This document shows positions 54,239-63,548 of a stretch of DNA of 64,000 nt, piece by piece. Within the stretch, counting starts at the first letter, position 1; each line of letters starts with the position of its first letter. A program made the position numbers and the translations under genes. The notes below the pieces were generated by a model. The model had not been told where the DNA came from and did no database searches. It saw only the letters and a list, made by a program, of their open reading frames with translations. Source of the DNA: an uncultured Planctomycetota bacterium (lineage in GTDB: Bacteria > Planctomycetota > Phycisphaerae > Tepidisphaerales > Tepidisphaeraceae); assembly GCA_963841915.1 (NCBI GenBank), contig CAWJEN010000003.1:64001-128000 (forward strand). The letters run 5' to 3'.

Positions 54239-54961
54239 TCAGCCGAGGATGATGAACGTCGAGAACATGAAGATCCAGACGACATCGAGGAAGTGCCAGT
54301 AGAGGGCAGCGTGCCTTACGCCGACGTAATGCTCGTGGTCGTACCAGCCTTTGCGGGCCTTCCAGGTGACGATCGCGAGGTAGATGATGCCGCCCAGAAC
54401 GTGCAGGGCGTGGATGAGGACGAAGAAGAACAGTATGCCGTAAAGGCGGGTTGACCGGGCGGCCGGGAGCAGATCCGCGGGTCCTGCGACACCCGCTTGT
54501 GGATCGGTGCCCGCGAAAGGTGAGGCTGTGACCGGTGCCGCCGGGACCTGCGGGTCGAGCGTCAGCAGGCCGATCATGGCAGGCGTCTGCACGACAACAA
54601 AAAGGACTGCAAGCACGTTCGTTGCCCACAGCCACGAGTGAAACTTCCCCATGCGCTCGCGTTGCACGCCCTTGAGCGCCATGTGAATGGCGAAGCTCGC
54701 CAGTAGCACGATGACCGTGCTGACAAAAAGCTTCCAGTCGCTCATCTGCTCGCGGAAGGAGCCGAACGGCTGCGTGTCGGACATCTGATAGCGGATGATC
54801 GCGTAGATCAACATGCCACTGGCGAAGGCGATGCCCAGGGCCATGACGAAGAGCCACATGCCGACGGTTTGCACGCGAGCGGGTACATGGTGGCCCCGCT
54901 CATCCACCTCACGGTGCGGGCGGCGATAGTCGAGCTCCTTCGGATCGGCGGCTTCGCTCAC
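54239..54961 (-). CDS. Cytochrome c oxidase subunit III family protein
   Basis: GMWLF, HALHVLGG, LYWHFLDVVWIF. Confidence 0.88.
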   Translation of the reverse strand: MSEAADPKELDYRRPHREVDERGHHVPARVQTVGMWLFVMALGIAFASGMLIYAIIRYQMSDTQPFGSFREQMSDWKLFVSTVIVLLASFAIHMALKGVQRERMGKFHSWLWATNVLAVLFVVVQTPAMIGLLTLDPQVPAAPVTASPFAGTDPQAGVAGPADLLPAARSTRLYGILFFFVLIHALHVLGGIIYLAIVTWKARKGWYDHEHYVGVRHAALYWHFLDVVWIFMFSTFIILG

Positions 54962-55023
54962 GGCTGATCATATCGACCGAAAGAATCGGCGTTTCGGAAA
55001 CGTTGTGCATAACGTCGTCGCCC

Positions 55024-56373
55024 TTGGAGGACCTTCAACGCACCCAACGCAAGCAGCAGGAACGGGCAGTGCTCGTAGGTGTGATGCTGCCCGACTCGAA
55101 CGCCGATCCACGCAACCCGCTCGGCGAATTGGCGAGCCTGTGCAAGACGGCAGGCGCGACGCCTATCGCCGAAATCTTGCAAAATCGCCGCACCGTCGAC
55201 GCCGGCACCTACGTCGGTAGCGGTAAGGCACTGGAAATCGCCCAGGCATGCAAAGCGCATGATGCCGACTTCATCGCGTTCGACAACGAGCTGACGCCGA
55301 GCCAGATCGGACAGTTGGAGAAGATCATCAACGAGCATCTCGAGTCGCCTCGCGGGGCGGGCGTCAAGGTGCTCGATCGCAGCGAGATCATCCTCGACAT
55401 CTTCGCCAACCGTGCACAGACGCACGAGGCCAAGTTGCAGGTCGAGCTGGCGCAGATGGAATACACGTACCCGCGGCTCACGCGGATGTGGGGCCACCTC
55501 GAGCGAATCGCGGGCGGTGGCACCATCGGCGTCGGTACGCGCGGCCCTGGTGAAACGCAGCTCGAGATCGACCGACGACTTGTCCGCAAACGGATCAGCG
55601 AGTTGAAGTCTGGCATCGCAGAGGTGCAGGCCCGCAAAGCTCGCGAGGTGTCGAAGCGGAACGTGGGCCATTTCACCGTCTGTCTCGTCGGCTACACCAA
55701 TGCCGGTAAGAGCACGCTGTTCAACACGCTGACCGACGCCGGCACCTATGCCGACGACAAGCTGTTTGCGACGCTCGACACGCGAACGCGCTCGTGGAAC
55801 GTCGAGCGTGGTGCCGAAGCGATGTTGAGCGACACGGTTGGGTTCGTACGAGACCTGCCGCACGGCCTGGTAGCGAGCTTCAAGGCGACACTGGAAGAAG
55901 CCGTGCACGCAGACTTGCTTCTGCACGTGCTTGACGTCGGCCACCCGCGGGCCAGGCAGCAGTACGAAAGCGTGCGTGAGGTGCTCACCGAAATTGGTGC
56001 GGGTGACAATCCGGAGGTTTTGCTGCTGAACAAGGTCGACACACCCGAGGGCAAATACCAGATCGACGAATGGCTGGCGCTGCGGCCCGATGCCCTTGCC
56101 ATCAGCGCCAAAGACGGCACCGGCATCAAGCCCGTCGGTGCCCACGTGTTTGACATGATTCAGGGCACGCAGCGAAGGGTCACGCTCAAGCTCGATGTCC
56201 GCGACGGCAAGCGGCTGGCGTTCCTGGAGCGGTCGGCCCGCATCGAATCCCGCGAGTACGACGGCGAGGTGGTCGAAATCAAAGCGAGTGTCGGCCGGCG
56301 GGTGCTGGGTGATCTGCGACGAGACGATGGCGTGCAGATTGTCGATGTGTCGGATCTGCTCGGCGGCGAGTAG
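55024..56373 (+). CDS. hflX: GTPase HflX
   Basis: ILDIFA.RA.T.EAKLQVELAQ, GPGETQLE.DRR, GYTNAGKST, DTVGF, NKVD; start uncertain. Confidence 0.96.
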   Translation: MEDLQRTQRKQQERAVLVGVMLPDSNADPRNPLGELASLCKTAGATPIAEILQNRRTVDAGTYVGSGKALEIAQACKAHDADFIAFDNELTPSQIGQLEKIINEHLESPRGAGVKVLDRSEIILDIFANRAQTHEAKLQVELAQMEYTYPRLTRMWGHLERIAGGGTIGVGTRGPGETQLEIDRRLVRKRISELKSGIAEVQARKAREVSKRNVGHFTVCLVGYTNAGKSTLFNTLTDAGTYADDKLFATLDTRTRSWNVERGAEAMLSDTVGFVRDLPHGLVASFKATLEEAVHADLLLHVLDVGHPRARQQYESVREVLTEIGAGDNPEVLLLNKVDTPEGKYQIDEWLALRPDALAISAKDGTGIKPVGAHVFDMIQGTQRRVTLKLDVRDGKRLAFLERSARIESREYDGEVVEIKASVGRRVLGDLRRDDGVQIVDVSDLLGGE

Positions 56374-56398
56374 CTCGTCCCGTCGGCTAAGCTGCGGC

Positions 56399-57385
56399 GT
56401 GCAAGATGCCGCTTTCCCCGTTGCGAGGCTACGTCGTCTGCGACACTCGTCGCACGTTCGGCAGATGCTCCAGCGCGTCCGCCTGCGACCAAGTGACCTC
56501 ATCGTGCCCGTCTTCGTGCACGACGGCCAGACGGTCGAAGTCGCCAGCATGCCCGGCGTCTTTCGGCACAACATCGATGACGCCGCCGATTGGCTCGACA
56601 AGCTAGCGGTGCGGGGCGTGGGCGGTTTTCTCGTATTCGGCGTTCTTCCCGAAGCGGCAAAAGACGCGACCGGCACGCCCGGTGCGGACGGCGACAATGT
56701 CGTCTGCCGCCTCGTCCGAGAGATGAAGCGGCGAAGCAACCCGATGCTGGCAATCACCGATGTATGCCTCTGCGAATACACCGACCACGGCCATTGCGGC
56801 CCTTTAGCTGGTGAGACGGTCGACAACGACGCAGCCCTTCCGCTGCTCGCCGAGCAGGCAGTGAAGCACGCTGCCGCCGGTGCCGACTGGGTTGCGCCCT
56901 CGGCTGCGATGGACGGCATGGTGGCTGCCATACGCCTCGGTCTCGACGGGGCGGGACATACGCAGACGGCGATTCTGAGTTACAGCGTCAAGTACGCCGG
57001 CGCGTTCTACGGGCCTTTTCGCGACGCCGCGGCCAGTGCACCCAGCTTCGGCGATCGCCGGGCGTACCAGATGGACGCTTGGCGAGGCACGGACGAAGCC
57101 GTTCGCGAGGCACAGCAGGACGTGGCCGAGGGGGCTGACGTCGTGATGATCAAGCCCGCTGGGCCATACCTGGACGTCGTCGCCGCCGTTCGCGAGGCGG
57201 TGAACGTGCCGACGGCCGCGTATCAAACGAGCGGCGAATACGCCATGCACGTTGCAGGTGGTGAGATGGGTTGGATCGACACGGACGCCGTCGCTTTCGA
57301 AAGCGTTGCCGCCATCCGACGAGCGGGAGCTGATCTGGTGGTGACGTATCACGTCGAGCGGCTGTTGCGGCTGCTCGGAGTGTGA
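56399..57385 (+). CDS. hemB: Porphobilinogen synthase
   Basis: RLRRLR, DVCLCEYTDHGHCG, APS..MDG, FYGPFRDA, MIKP, AYQTSGEY. Confidence 0.97.
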   Translation: MQDAAFPVARLRRLRHSSHVRQMLQRVRLRPSDLIVPVFVHDGQTVEVASMPGVFRHNIDDAADWLDKLAVRGVGGFLVFGVLPEAAKDATGTPGADGDNVVCRLVREMKRRSNPMLAITDVCLCEYTDHGHCGPLAGETVDNDAALPLLAEQAVKHAAAGADWVAPSAAMDGMVAAIRLGLDGAGHTQTAILSYSVKYAGAFYGPFRDAAASAPSFGDRRAYQMDAWRGTDEAVREAQQDVAEGADVVMIKPAGPYLDVVAAVREAVNVPTAAYQTSGEYAMHVAGGEMGWIDTDAVAFESVAAIRRAGADLVVTYHVERLLRLLGV

Positions 57386-57394
57386 GGCGATGAC

Positions 57395-57614
57395 AACGGT
57401 CAAAATTAGAAGAGCCCGAGAGCCGCGGTTTCACGGACCGCTGGTCTGACGATGCATGCAGCACCGCCATCGCGTCTTCCGCAGAAGGCGTGCTCTGCCC
57501 GGGGCTCGAGGAGATGGTGACGTCGCAGATCGTCAGACCGGCGACCCGTCGGTTCGCGGCTCGGGGACGTTGCACCCGCCCGTCTCGCTCGTTCTGATCC
57601 AACAGTGCCCCGTT
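57395..57614 (+). ncRNA. Unassigned rod-like structured RNA candidate
   Basis: Nested stems pair the two halves of the hemB-mscL intergenic region; most mismatches are G-U on the + strand. Confidence 0.55.
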
Positions 57615-57630
57615 AGCAACATGGTCGCAC

Positions 57631-58323
57631 TCAGTCTGCGTCCGGCGGCGTCGGAGCCTTCGACCCGCTGGCCATGAGGTCCCGAATCTCCGTCAGCAGC
57701 CGTTCTTCTGTTGACAGGGCGGGCGTTTGATCCGGACCCGGCTCGTCAGCCGCCTGCTCCTTCTCGCGATTGAGCTTGTTCATCACGCGGATGACCATGA
57801 AGATCGCGAACGCCTGGATGATGAATTTGATGACATCATTGAGAAACTTGCCGTACATGATACGGACGACCTTGTTTTCGCCCTCGCCGACGGTGCCGGT
57901 TTCGGGATCAGGCTCTGCCGTAGCGTCTGCCACTTCAGCGGCGGCTGACTCAACCGTATCTGCCGCTTGCTCGACCTGATCGGCGGCGGCTTCGACGTCC
58001 TCGGGCGTGTCGGCGGCAGCGGCAGCATCTGCAGCATCAGCGGCATCATCGCCCGCCGCGGCAGCGTCATCTCCGGCTCCGGCGACGTCCGTAGCAGTCT
58101 CCGCCACGTCGGCCGCCGCTGCTTCCAGCTTGCCGACCGGAATGTCGATCGACAACTCTTCGAACTCGACACCGCTCACGAGCCAGCCCAATGGCGGCAT
58201 CATGACGTTCGTCACGAACGATGACACCACCGCACCAAACGCAGCACCAATGATCACGCCCACGGCGAGATCGATGACGCTGCCCTTCATGGCAAACTCT
58301 TTGAACTCTTGCAGCAGTTTCAT
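57631..58323 (-). CDS. mscL: Large-conductance mechanosensitive channel with long acidic loop insertion
   Basis: EFKEFAMKGSVIDLAVGVIIGAAFG, YGKFL, LLTEIRDL. Confidence 0.95.
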   Translation of the reverse strand: MKLLQEFKEFAMKGSVIDLAVGVIIGAAFGAVVSSFVTNVMMPPLGWLVSGVEFEELSIDIPVGKLEAAAADVAETATDVAGAGDDAAAAGDDAADAADAAAAADTPEDVEAAADQVEQAADTVESAAAEVADATAEPDPETGTVGEGENKVVRIMYGKFLNDVIKFIIQAFAIFMVIRVMNKLNREKEQAADEPGPDQTPALSTEERLLTEIRDLMASGSKAPTPPDAD

Positions 58324-58371
58324 GCGTCGCATGATGCCGCTGCAGCTGCGTCGTCGCAACTTTTTGTGCCG

Positions 58372-60492
58372 CTAGTCGCCTTCGCCACTCATGAAGCCTT
58401 CGAGCTTGCGGCTGCGAACCGGGTGCTGGAGCTTGCGAATGGCCTTGGCTTCGACCTGGCGGACGCGTTCGCGCGTAACCTTGAAGATGCGGCCGACCTC
58501 TTCGAGCGTGTAGGTGTAGCCGTCACCGATCCCGTAGCGGAGTTTGATGATTTCTCGCTCGCGGTAGGTGAGCGTTTTGAGCACCTGCTCGATCTTTTCC
58601 TTGAGCATTTCCGTCGTAGCAGAGTCGACGGGGTTGTCTGCCTTCTCGTCCTCAATGAAGTCGCCGAAGTAGCTGTCTTCGCTTTCGCCGACGGGTCGAT
58701 CGAGGCTGATCGGGTGGCGGCTGATCTTCATGACCCGCCGCGTCTCGGCGACGGTCATCTCAGCGATCTCGGCGATCTCCTCCATCGTCGGCTCGCGGCC
58801 GTGCTCCTGCGTGAGGGTTTTCTGGATGTTCCGCAGGCGGGACATCGTTTCGATCATGTGAACCGGAATCCGGATCGTCCGGGCATGATCTGCGATAGCA
58901 CGCGTGATCGCCTGGCGAATCCACCACGTCGCGTAGGTGCTGAACTTGAAGCCGCGGCGATACTCGTACTTGTCGACTGCACGCATCAGGCCGGTGTTGC
59001 CTTCCTGGATGATGTCCAGGAACGACAGGCCGCGATTGCGATACTTTTTGGCGATCGAGACGACGAGCCGCAGGTTGCCGCCGGAGAGCTTTCGCTTGGC
59101 CTCTTCGTAACGGTAGTGAATCTTGCGGATGGCCGTCAGCCGATCCCGCAGGTCGCTGCTGGGCTCGAGAACAAGGTCTTCAAGGCCTTCGAGCTCTTGT
59201 CGACAGACATCGAGGTCGTCGGCGGTAACTTGTTTGCCGTTGGCTCCGGCACCGACGTGCTCGTCAAGCTCACTCATCTTGCCGCTGATGCTGGCGAGCT
59301 TCTTCATGAGCGGGGCGATACGGCTGGTCCGCAGCGTCGCCTCTTCGATGAGCCGAACACCGCGACGCCGTCGACGACGCAGCCGCTGTTCGACGACTTC
59401 GCGGTCCTTCTTCGTCTTAGTCTCCCGCAACGCGTGCCAGTCCTCGCGGTTCCGCTCGAGCATCCGGCGGACGCTGTCGAGGTGGACCGGAATCCGCTCC
59501 TGCACCGTCTGTTTGCTGGCCATGTCCTCGGCCGTGCTGATCTTCATTGTCCGGTCGAAGGGCAGTTGTCCCTCGCGGACCTGTTCGAGCATCTCGCACG
59601 CCTGCTGCTGGCAGTAGTCGCTTTCGAGCACGCGGCTGCGGAAGATCTTGCGCGTGATCTCGATCTTCTTGGCGAGACTGATCTCCTGCTCCCGCGTCAA
59701 GAGCGGAATCTCGCCCATCTGCGTCAGGTACATCCGCACCGGATCATCAATCCGCTTGCTCGACACCTCTGCGTAGTCCCGCTCCATCTGAGCGACGTCA
59801 ATCTCGCCCTCGAGGTCGCCCGCGTCCTCGAGGTCGCCTGCGTCGACAGCCTCAACGCGATCTTCGACATCGACATCGTCGTCGTTCCGCGGGCGGCCGT
59901 CGTCGTCTTCGAGGTCGCCGCGGCGGCGGTTGTCGCTGAGCACCTTCTTGATGAAGTCGTTCTTGCTCTTCTCCTGCTGCGTTCGTTCGGTCTGCGTGAC
60001 ATTGTCCTTCCCAACCGGCTCGGCTACGTCGGCGGCGATGCCGACCCGCGTCCCGGGCAGCGGAACAATCCTGACCGGCGCGGCGTGACGACGCTTACGG
60101 CTCTTGGGCCTGTTGCTCTCGAACCGCTCGACGTCCGCATCGTCGATAAGGGCGATGCCCATTTCGTCGAGGCTCATCAGGAGCATCTCGAGGCGGTCCG
60201 GGCTGACCACTTCGTCGGGCAGCTTGGCGTTGAGCTCATCGAAGGTGACGTACCCGCGATCGGTGCCGAGGTCGACGAGCAGGTCGACGCGTCGCTGGAC
60301 TTCCTCTGCGCTACCGGCACCTAGAAGCGGGTCGGTCGGCGGGCGGGGACCCGAACCGACGGGGCCGAGATCTTTGTTGGCTTCTACATCTTTGGCACGA
60401 TCAGTTGCGTCCGGCTGGGCTCGCTCCGTAGCGGCCTTGGCCGTGTCGGGAGAGGCGGGTTTAAAGTTGGCGTCGCTGCTGTTGGAACTCAT
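58372..60492 (-). CDS. rpoD: Primary sigma factor sigma70
   Basis: Region 1.1, DDPVRMYL, NLRLVVSIAKKY, FSTYATWWIRQAI, TRERVRQVE. Confidence 0.97.
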   Translation of the reverse strand: MSSNSSDANFKPASPDTAKAATERAQPDATDRAKDVEANKDLGPVGSGPRPPTDPLLGAGSAEEVQRRVDLLVDLGTDRGYVTFDELNAKLPDEVVSPDRLEMLLMSLDEMGIALIDDADVERFESNRPKSRKRRHAAPVRIVPLPGTRVGIAADVAEPVGKDNVTQTERTQQEKSKNDFIKKVLSDNRRRGDLEDDDGRPRNDDDVDVEDRVEAVDAGDLEDAGDLEGEIDVAQMERDYAEVSSKRIDDPVRMYLTQMGEIPLLTREQEISLAKKIEITRKIFRSRVLESDYCQQQACEMLEQVREGQLPFDRTMKISTAEDMASKQTVQERIPVHLDSVRRMLERNREDWHALRETKTKKDREVVEQRLRRRRRRGVRLIEEATLRTSRIAPLMKKLASISGKMSELDEHVGAGANGKQVTADDLDVCRQELEGLEDLVLEPSSDLRDRLTAIRKIHYRYEEAKRKLSGGNLRLVVSIAKKYRNRGLSFLDIIQEGNTGLMRAVDKYEYRRGFKFSTYATWWIRQAITRAIADHARTIRIPVHMIETMSRLRNIQKTLTQEHGREPTMEEIAEIAEMTVAETRRVMKISRHPISLDRPVGESEDSYFGDFIEDEKADNPVDSATTEMLKEKIEQVLKTLTYREREIIKLRYGIGDGYTYTLEEVGRIFKVTRERVRQVEAKAIRKLQHPVRSRKLEGFMSGEGD

Positions 60493-60698
60493 GGGTGTCG
60501 TCGATGCCTTGGGAGGTTTCGGGTTCGCTTCTGGAACATGCGCCGTAGAACGGTCGCGTCAACCTGAGCCGGTCCGTCGGCACGATTCGCCACCGGAAGC
60601 TGTTCCGGTTAGCACGGCTGTGCGACCGCGGGCGGTCGGGCAAGGCCGTCACGACGCGTCGCAAGTCTATGCGACGGCCGCCGGCGTTGTGTCGCGGG

Positions 60699-62642
60699 TC
60701 AAGCGTCGGTCTTTGCCGACCCACGACCGCGACCAAGAGCGTGCAGCTTTTCTTGAAGCCGTCGCAACAGTTCGTTTTCGTCGTGAGCGTCGCCGTCGCC
60801 CGATGGCAGTTCGCCAGGTTCGGAAGCGTTACGACGGACATCCCCCAACAGTTCTCGGAGCCCCGCGTCATCTCGCAGACGCAGCAGGCCTCGAACGGCA
60901 TCGGCGGCGACGTTGTCAGCCTCTCCGAAGGTTTCAGCTGCCTCGTGGTACTCTATGCACGCCGATACCGCCGCCGCAGCCGAAGACTCGCCTCCACCCG
61001 GCGCCGATAAGCCCGCCTCTCTGACCACGTCAAGCCACTCGTTGAACTCCGGCTCGCCCTCGTTGCGTACGTGATCCCAGAACAACGTCGCCAGCCAACG
61101 CTGGCGTCGGTCGCTAAGATCTTCAGGGCCGACCCGCGTCTGCACGTCGTGCCACAGCGTCGGCTTGCGGAACAAGCTGCCAAGCAGCAGCCGGCCTACC
61201 CGCGTCACGCCGTCGACTGATTCCGTGACGATGTCAAGACGTCTGGCTTCGGAATACTCAGGCTCGCCGCGCTTACGCCAACGCTTTTCCTGTCGTCGTT
61301 GCGGCTGTTGCTGTCGCGGCGGATCGAAGCGGCGACGCAGCTCGTCGGTGCTCAACCCCGTCAACCTGCCGACCCGAACGAGTACGGCACCCCAGCGATT
61401 CTGATCGAGCGAACCGCCCACCGTCGCCCGGGCGTCGGCAAGCGTCGTCAGGTAGTTCTCCACCGCGTTTTGCCGGGCCGTTACGCTCGGCTGCTCGCCG
61501 AGATTGCGGGTCAGGCGTCGCCACTGGTACGTCAAAGCATCGGCAGCCCCACGCACGCGCTCGTTGAAGGCGTCGACACCCTCTGACTGCAGAAAGTCGT
61601 CCGGATCGGTGCCGGCAGGCAGCTCGGCGACGGCGACCTCAACAGGCTCGCGCAAGAACAGCTCGACGCTCCTGCGGGTGGCTGTCTCGCCGGCGGCGTC
61701 GGCGTCGAAGAGCAGCACCACACGGTCGGCTAATCGCCTCAGCGTCGCAGCGTGCCGTTCTGTGAGCGATGTACCGAGTACCGCCACGCCGTTGGTGACG
61801 CCGAACTGTCGAGCCATCGCCGCGTCGGCGTAGCCCTCGAACACCACCGCCGTCCGACTTCTGGCGATGTCGCTCTTGGCCAGATCGAGGCCGAACAGTG
61901 TGGCCGATTTGTCGAACAGCGGCGTTTCCGGCGAGTTAAGGTACTTCGCAGGTGAATCATCGCCCGGCAGGATTCTGCCGCCGAACGCGATCGGGCGGCC
62001 TTGCTCGTCGCGGATGGGAAAGATCACGCGGTCGCGGAACGTATCGTAAATGCCACGGTCGCCTTGCTTGAGCAGGCCGGCCTCGAGCAGAACGTCTTCG
62101 CCGAACTTGCCGGCGATGCCCGCGTCACCCAGGCCGTTCCAGCCGGGCGGGGCGAATCCGACGCCGAACGCCTGCAGCGTCTCATTGTTGAAGCCGCGGC
62201 AGTGCAGATACGCGAGTGCTTTGCTGCCGACGTCACTCAGGAGCGTTCTACGGAAGAAGTCGGCTGCGGTGCTGCAAGCCTCTCGCAATCGTGTCAGCCG
62301 ATCAACCGTCTCGCGGTCCGGCCCGTTCAGCTTCGGCAGCTCGACACCCGCCCAGTCGGCCAGGAGGTGCAGGGCAGTTTTGAAGTCGCTGTGGTCGCGC
62401 TCGATGACGAAGTCGATCGCGTTGCCACCCTTCTTGCAGCCGAAGCAGTAGAAGAATTTCTTCACCGGATCGACGCCGAACGACGGCGTCTTTTCGCTGT
62501 GGAACGGGCAGCAACCGACGAACCTGCGGCCGGCCTTCTTCAGCGGCACCGTTTCGCCGACAAGGGCGACAATGTCGACTGCATCAAGCACGAGCGCCTT
62601 GCCGTCGACGCCGGTGGAGAATGAACGGGAACCGCCTGCCAT
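60699..62642 (-). CDS. dnaG: DNA primase
   Basis: CPFH.EKTPSF..CFGC, KYLNSPET, EGY.D, FDADAAG, DPDD; upstream of rpoD. Confidence 0.97.
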   Translation of the reverse strand: MAGGSRSFSTGVDGKALVLDAVDIVALVGETVPLKKAGRRFVGCCPFHSEKTPSFGVDPVKKFFYCFGCKKGGNAIDFVIERDHSDFKTALHLLADWAGVELPKLNGPDRETVDRLTRLREACSTAADFFRRTLLSDVGSKALAYLHCRGFNNETLQAFGVGFAPPGWNGLGDAGIAGKFGEDVLLEAGLLKQGDRGIYDTFRDRVIFPIRDEQGRPIAFGGRILPGDDSPAKYLNSPETPLFDKSATLFGLDLAKSDIARSRTAVVFEGYADAAMARQFGVTNGVAVLGTSLTERHAATLRRLADRVVLLFDADAAGETATRRSVELFLREPVEVAVAELPAGTDPDDFLQSEGVDAFNERVRGAADALTYQWRRLTRNLGEQPSVTARQNAVENYLTTLADARATVGGSLDQNRWGAVLVRVGRLTGLSTDELRRRFDPPRQQQPQRRQEKRWRKRGEPEYSEARRLDIVTESVDGVTRVGRLLLGSLFRKPTLWHDVQTRVGPEDLSDRRQRWLATLFWDHVRNEGEPEFNEWLDVVREAGLSAPGGGESSAAAAVSACIEYHEAAETFGEADNVAADAVRGLLRLRDDAGLRELLGDVRRNASEPGELPSGDGDAHDENELLRRLQEKLHALGRGRGSAKTDA

Positions 62643-62704
62643 AGACAACCAACCTTAGCCGTTGGGCAAGGCCACTGAGTTGGCTTTGCCGTGTAGCCCA
62701 AGAC

Positions 62705-63196
62705 TTAAACCCCACGCCGGCACAGCAGCTTGCGGAGCTGCTGATGCCGGTACTCGAACATCTTCTTGAGCTGCGGCTTGACGATCAGCTTGTCCCCGAT
62801 GAGCCCGAGCGGACCCAAAGGCACCTCGTACCGCACATCGTCGATCGCCCACACCTTCGTCCTGCCGCCGTCGACGACTTCTTCAAAGCGATGGGTGTGG
62901 ACCCACGATTTGAATGGGCTCTTCCTGGCTTCGTCAACAAAGTACGCCACGCGATGCGGTCGCGATCCGACGGGCGGCTGAAACTGCGTGTAGACAGCGA
63001 CCCACTTCTGACGGCCGATCGGCGTCTTGGCACGGATGATGACCTCGGCCCCGACGGCTGCGGGGTCGGCCTTCGTGATCTGCACGTCCGCCTCCGGCGG
63101 CGACAGGGCGACGAGGCCTTGCTCGGTATCCTCGTGGAACGCCCAGACGGCTTCGAGCGGGGCATCAAGTAGCGACTTCTTGTACATCCGTGGCAT
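62705..63196 (-). CDS. SRPBCC family protein
   Basis: APLEAVWAFH, FVDE...PFKSW.HTHRF, D.VRYEVPLGPLG, MFEYRH. Confidence 0.85.
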   Translation of the reverse strand: MPRMYKKSLLDAPLEAVWAFHEDTEQGLVALSPPEADVQITKADPAAVGAEVIIRAKTPIGRQKWVAVYTQFQPPVGSRPHRVAYFVDEARKSPFKSWVHTHRFEEVVDGGRTKVWAIDDVRYEVPLGPLGLIGDKLIVKPQLKKMFEYRHQQLRKLLCRRGV

Positions 63197-63220
63197 GAAC
63201 GCCAGCGTACGGTTGCCGCG

Positions 63221-63514
63221 GTGGAGCCGTCGGTAAAGCTTGTCTGTCGGACCTGCGGTTACGACATCCGCGGTCTGCCGACGTTGCGTTGCCCCGAATG
63301 CGGCAGCGACCTTCGGGATGGCAACGCCGTACGGCAGACTCACAGGCCGACGGCACTACGTGATCAGATCGTCTTCCTCGCGGCGATGGCCGTGCTCGCA
63401 ACGTTGCTCGTGGCGTCAATCGACCGCCTCGATCTGAACGCGTTGATCGGCATCGGCATAGCGGTGTTCGCGTTGACGCTGTTTGGCCTCCTGCTGCTCC
63501 GCCTCGAGCGTTAG
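63221..63514 (+). CDS. Small Zn-ribbon membrane protein
   Basis: CRTCGYDIRGL...CPECG followed by two TM helices. Confidence 0.7.
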   Translation: MEPSVKLVCRTCGYDIRGLPTLRCPECGSDLRDGNAVRQTHRPTALRDQIVFLAAMAVLATLLVASIDRLDLNALIGIGIAVFALTLFGLLLLRLER

Positions 63515-63548
63515 CGCAAATCAAAACGATGACGCGGTAGGCTGTCGC

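Noticed and set aside
57395..57614. Assignment of the structured region as SRP RNA, tmRNA or RNase P RNA
   Set aside because: No SRP helix-8 motif, tRNA-like ends or GAGGAAAGUCC on either strand
58309..60324. Long antisense ORFs, e.g. 671 aa opposite rpoD, 555 aa opposite pgi, 657 aa opposite hflX/hemB, 517 aa opposite wzy
   Set aside because: Shadow frames expected from high-GC codon bias; no recognisable motifs; they overlap clear genes
62655..62852. 65-aa ORF upstream of dnaG (possible rpsU position)
   Set aside because: No S21 similarity; overlaps the SRPBCC gene; the gap holds only a 10-bp hairpin at 62665-62690
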